Shown: piece by piece, positions 60,620 to 64,000 of the stretch | How positions within the stretch are numbered: position 1 is the stretch's first letter | Layout of the letters: each line of letters starts with the position of its first letter | Assembly (NCBI GenBank): GCA_050180485.1 | Contig: JBFXED010000006.1 | Span: 42,070 to 106,069, forward strand | DNA from: Alphaproteobacteria bacterium | Lineage (GTDB): Bacteria > Pseudomonadota > Alphaproteobacteria > CADEGL01 | Reading direction: 5' to 3' | Length of the DNA stretch: 64,000 nucleotides | Translations under genes and position numbers: made by a program | Notes under the pieces: model-generated | What the model saw: only the letters and a program-made list of their open reading frames with translations | Told to the model about the DNA's origin: nothing | Database searches by the model: none

Positions 60620-61546
60620 ATGCCGGTCAACTGGAGCCGCGTCTTTCCCGCCCTTACCAGTCAATTCAAGGACGACGATTCACTCGATCTGGCGGCGGTC
60701 GAGAACCATGTCGAAACACTGGTCGCGGCCGGCATCGGCGGCCTGACCATGTGCGGCAGCGTGGGCGAGAACTATGCCCTCGAACCCGACGAGAAGCTGG
60801 CTTTGGTGACGGCGTGCGTGAAGACCGTTCGCGGGCGCGTGCCTGTCTTGGCGGGCGTGGCGGAAACGACCACCAAATTCGCCTGCCGCTTCATGAAGCA
60901 GTGCGAGGATGTTGGCGTCGACGGCTTCATGGTTCTGCCATCGCTGATCTACAAGACCCAACCCAATGAGACGATGCTGCATTTCCGCACCGTCGCCCGC
61001 GCCACCAAACTTCCAATCATGATCTATAACAATCCCGTGGCTTATGGCGGCGACGTGACACCGGCCATGTTCCATCAATTGATGGACGAGGAGAATCTCG
61101 TCGCGCTGAAGGAATCCTCGACCGACATCCGGCGCGTAACCGAGATCAAGCTTCTGTGCGGCGACCGTTACGCGATCTTCGCAGGCATGGACGATATCGG
61201 CGTCGAAAGTGTCTTGGGTGGCGCGCGCGGCTTCGTGGCCGGTATCGTCAATGTCTTTCCGCGTGAAACCGTGTGTCTGTTCGACTTGGCTATGGCCGGG
61301 CGCTACGACGAAGCCATGGCGATCCAGCGCTGGCTGGCGCCATTGACCAAGTTCGACAACGATCCGCGCTTCGTCCACTACATGAAATTCATGTTGGGCG
61401 CCGTGGGTATGGGCGCCGAACGCATGCGGCTGCCGCGCCTGCCCATCGCGGGCGAGGAGCGTGCGCGGGCCAAGGAGCTGGTGGAAACGGCTTTGGCCAC
61501 GCGCCCCAAGCTGCCGGACGTTTCGCCGCAGAAGGCCGCGGAATAG
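60620..61546 (+). CDS. dihydrodipicolinate synthase/N-acetylneuraminate lyase family (DapA-like) protein
   Basis: Class-I aldolase motifs (GLTMCGSVGENYAL, Schiff-base Lys region ALKESS). 308 aa from ATG 60620. Confidence 0.75.
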   Translation: MPVNWSRVFPALTSQFKDDDSLDLAAVENHVETLVAAGIGGLTMCGSVGENYALEPDEKLALVTACVKTVRGRVPVLAGVAETTTKFACRFMKQCEDVGVDGFMVLPSLIYKTQPNETMLHFRTVARATKLPIMIYNNPVAYGGDVTPAMFHQLMDEENLVALKESSTDIRRVTEIKLLCGDRYAIFAGMDDIGVESVLGGARGFVAGIVNVFPRETVCLFDLAMAGRYDEAMAIQRWLAPLTKFDNDPRFVHYMKFMLGAVGMGAERMRLPRLPIAGEERARAKELVETALATRPKLPDVSPQKAAE

Positions 61547-61593
61547 CCGGAAATCGTTTCCGGCGGCGCAACAATGCACCGCGGCTAGGCGCG

Positions 61594-61905
61594 TTGACGA
61601 TTCTGTTGAACGGCACGGACGTGCCGGATGGAATCGACGCCACGGCGTTCTTCCGGCCGCACGATCTAGAATTGGCATCGGGCACAGAGGCCAAGAGCAT
61701 TCGCGCCACAGTGCGTCATATCTCGGTGTTGGGCGCCAACGTGTGCATCGACTTGGCGGCGGGAGACCTGCCGCTCGAGGCCGAGATTCCCCACGGACAG
61801 TTCGACGAACCCACGATCAAGCAGGGCGACCGGGTCGCAGTGGTCCCCAACGACCCGAAGATCTTCAGCGGCGCGCTGCCAAAACCCATACCGCCTGCCA
61901 GTTAG
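61594..61905 (+). pseudogene. TOBE-domain remnant of an ABC-transporter ATPase (ModC/CysA-like C-terminus)
   Basis: The ~100-aa frame contains the RPE-type TOBE motif (FFRPHDLELAS) and an OB-fold-like C-terminus. There is no ATPase domain upstream, only a TTG start. modA is nearby without modBC. Confidence 0.35.
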
Positions 61906-63599
61906 GCCGGCTTGGGCACGTCGCCGAAGGCGTAATCCACCATGCCGCGGGCAATCTCGCGCTCGCCCATGATAACGCGCTGGGCGCCGAGCTTGGACAG
62001 ATGCTCGACCTCGGCGTCGGAGTGGGCGCGCGCCACGATCTCAAGCGCGGGATTCGCCTGGCGCGCCTCGACCACGATCTGGCCGGCTTCGAATCCATTG
62101 GGCACCGCCACGAACATCCAGCGCGCCTGCGCCACGTTCGCGGTCTCGGCCAGGGCGGTTGGCGGCAGCGGCCCCAGGATGGCTTCGACGCCGCGGGCGC
62201 GCAGGGCATCGACGATCTCCTTGCGCTCCTCGACCACCAGAAAAGGCTGGCCACGCTCAGCCAGCGCCTCGCCCACCGCACTGCCAACCCGGCCGTAGCC
62301 CACGATGACGGCATGGTGCGCAAGCGCCGAACGCGCCACCGCATGCGTCTCGGGTTCGGCCTCGGCGGACGCCGTTCTCTCGCCCACGCCGTCGCGCCGC
62401 GCGATCCAGGGCTTCAGCCGGTCCAGAACGGCGAAAGCGAAGGGGTTGAGGAAGATCGAAAGGATGGCGCCGGCCAGGATCAGGTCTCGCCCGGCATCCG
62501 GCATGAGGCCGAGTGCCACACCCAATCCCGCCAGGATGAAAGAGAACTCGCCGATCTGCGCGAGACTGGCCGAGATAGTCAGGGCGGTACCCGTGCCATG
62601 GCCGAACGCGCGCACGATCAGGAAAGCCGCGACCGATTTGCCCAGGACGATGATGAGCACGGTGGCCAGCACCGGCCACCAGTCACGCACCACGATCATG
62701 GGATCGACCAGCATCCCGACCGAGACGAAGAACAGCACCGCGAAAGCGTCGCGCAGCGGCAGCGTTTCCGAGGCAGCCTGCGAGCTCAATTCCGATTCAG
62801 CCAGCATCATGCCGGCGAAGAAGGCGCCGAGCGCGAAGGAGACGTCGAACAGCAACGCCGCGCCATAGGCCACGCCCAAGGCGATGGCCAGCACCGACAG
62901 GCGGAACAGCTCGCGCGAGCCCGTGTGGGCGATATAGTGCAGCAGCCACGGGATGACGCGGCGTCCCACGATCAGCATGAAGGCCACGAAGGCCACGACC
63001 TTGCCGATGGTGATGGCCAGCACGATCGCCAGTTCCTTCGTGCTGGGTTCGGTCGGCCCGCCCTCGCCCGGGACCAAGAACCCCGCCATGCCCGGCAACA
63101 GCACCAGCGCCAGCACCATGGCCAGATCCTCGACGATCAGCCAGCCGACCGCGATGCGCCCACGCTCGGTATCGATCAGGCGGCGATCCTGCAGCGCACG
63201 CAAAAGGACGACGGTGGAGGCGACCGACAGTGCCAAGCCGAAGACCAAGCCCGCACCAAGCGACCATCCCAGCGCATAAGAGAGGCCGACGCCGAGCAAA
63301 GTCGCGATAGCGATCTGGACCACCGCGCCCGGAATGGCGATGGCCTTCACCGACAGAAGATCCTTGAGCGAGAAATGCAGCCCGACGCCGAACATCAGCA
63401 GGATGACGCCGATCTCGGCCAGCTGGTTGGTCAGCTCCTGATCGATGACGAGGCCGGGCGTCGCCGGGCCCACCACGACACCCGCCAACAAGTATCCCAC
63501 CAATGGCGAAATGCGTAACCGGTTCGCGATGGCGCCCAGCACGAAGGCCAGTACCAGACCGATGACGATGGCGGCGATGAGGGGCGCATGGTGGGGCAT
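61902..63599 (-). CDS. monovalent cation:proton antiporter-2 (CPA2) family K+/H+ antiporter with C-terminal RCK/TrkA-N domain
   Basis: 565 aa. About 12 TM plus a C-terminal Rossmann (VIVGYGRVGSAVGEAL). Confidence 0.85.
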   Translation of the reverse strand: MPHHAPLIAAIVIGLVLAFVLGAIANRLRISPLVGYLLAGVVVGPATPGLVIDQELTNQLAEIGVILLMFGVGLHFSLKDLLSVKAIAIPGAVVQIAIATLLGVGLSYALGWSLGAGLVFGLALSVASTVVLLRALQDRRLIDTERGRIAVGWLIVEDLAMVLALVLLPGMAGFLVPGEGGPTEPSTKELAIVLAITIGKVVAFVAFMLIVGRRVIPWLLHYIAHTGSRELFRLSVLAIALGVAYGAALLFDVSFALGAFFAGMMLAESELSSQAASETLPLRDAFAVLFFVSVGMLVDPMIVVRDWWPVLATVLIIVLGKSVAAFLIVRAFGHGTGTALTISASLAQIGEFSFILAGLGVALGLMPDAGRDLILAGAILSIFLNPFAFAVLDRLKPWIARRDGVGERTASAEAEPETHAVARSALAHHAVIVGYGRVGSAVGEALAERGQPFLVVEERKEIVDALRARGVEAILGPLPPTALAETANVAQARWMFVAVPNGFEAGQIVVEARQANPALEIVARAHSDAEVEHLSKLGAQRVIMGEREIARGMVDYAFGDVPKPA

Positions 63600-63686
63600 C
63601 GCGAATGTGCCCCTCCTAAGGCACCGTTTATGAAGATGCTATGCGCTTAATGTAAAAGCCACCCGCCGAGCCGCATAGAAATTTTC

Positions 63687-64000
63687 TCAATACCGCCGGT
63701 CAATTCGGTACGGAGTCATGTCGATGGGCATCTGTTGTCCGCTCATCAGCTGCGCCATCAGCCGTCCGGTGATGCCGCCCGTGGTCAGGCCCATGTGGCT
63801 GTGGCCGAAAGCGTAGAAGACGTTCTTGTGGTGCGGCGAGCGGCCCATGACCGGAATCGAATCGGGCGTCAGCGGCCGTTCGCCGAACCATTCGGTCATG
63901 CCGTCGGTGTTGAGGTCGGGTAGCACGCGTTTGCCCCAGGCCAGCACCATCTTGGCCTGGCTCCAATCGGCGGGCGCATCCACGCCCGGAAACGCCGAGG
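63687..64000 (-). CDS. FAD-dependent oxidoreductase (DAO family), C-terminal fragment; the gene continues beyond the window
   Basis: The C-terminal region GERPLTPDSIPVMG...AFGHSHMGLTTG is typical of D-amino-acid dehydrogenase/glycine-oxidase-like enzymes. The N-terminus lies beyond 64000. Confidence 0.55.
   Translation of the reverse strand, partial: SAFPGVDAPADWSQAKMVLAWGKRVLPDLNTDGMTEWFGERPLTPDSIPVMGRSPHHKNVFYAFGHSHMGLTTGGITGRLMAQLMSGQQMPIDMTPYRIDRRY

Noticed and set aside
61461-63518. 685-aa ORF on the plus strand, rich in R/D/G/H
   Set aside because: It lies entirely antisense to the well-supported CPA2 antiporter gene, and its composition is dominated by Arg, Asp and Gly, typical of spurious antisense frames in high-GC DNA.

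Overview
High-GC (~65-68%) alphaproteobacterial-type chromosomal window. The left edge (1..2558) is the integrase-proximal end of a lower-GC genomic island inserted at the 3' end of a tRNA-Met(CAT) gene. The core is dense housekeeping: mnmA, a complete suf Fe-S assembly operon (Rrf2 regulator, NifS-like desulfurase, sufBCDS, SufU, SufT, A-type carrier, ferredoxin), cysE, anmK, tyrS, an AsmA-family giant protein, glnE, bcp, a MarR/EmrAB-like efflux set, dksA, rfbA, mobA/moaA, nadK, argE, and a CoA-transferase/crotonase/acyl-CoA synthetase catabolic cluster. Four unusual loci stand out. (1) An uninterrupted tandem array of eight paralogous small Cys-containing lipoprotein genes (5796..8289) with translationally coupled ATGA overlaps. 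(2) A cobalamin-binding radical SAM enzyme preceded by three tandem GYD-domain small-protein genes (27161..29697). (3) A ~1.1 kb low-GC single-gene islet (50405..51500) encoding a 294-aa protein with class-III nucleotidyl-cyclase-like motifs. (4) A nested palindromic MITE/REP-like element (47817..47921). There are also two Sel1-repeat secreted proteins, one fused to ankyrin repeats. No CRISPR array and no rRNA gene was found.
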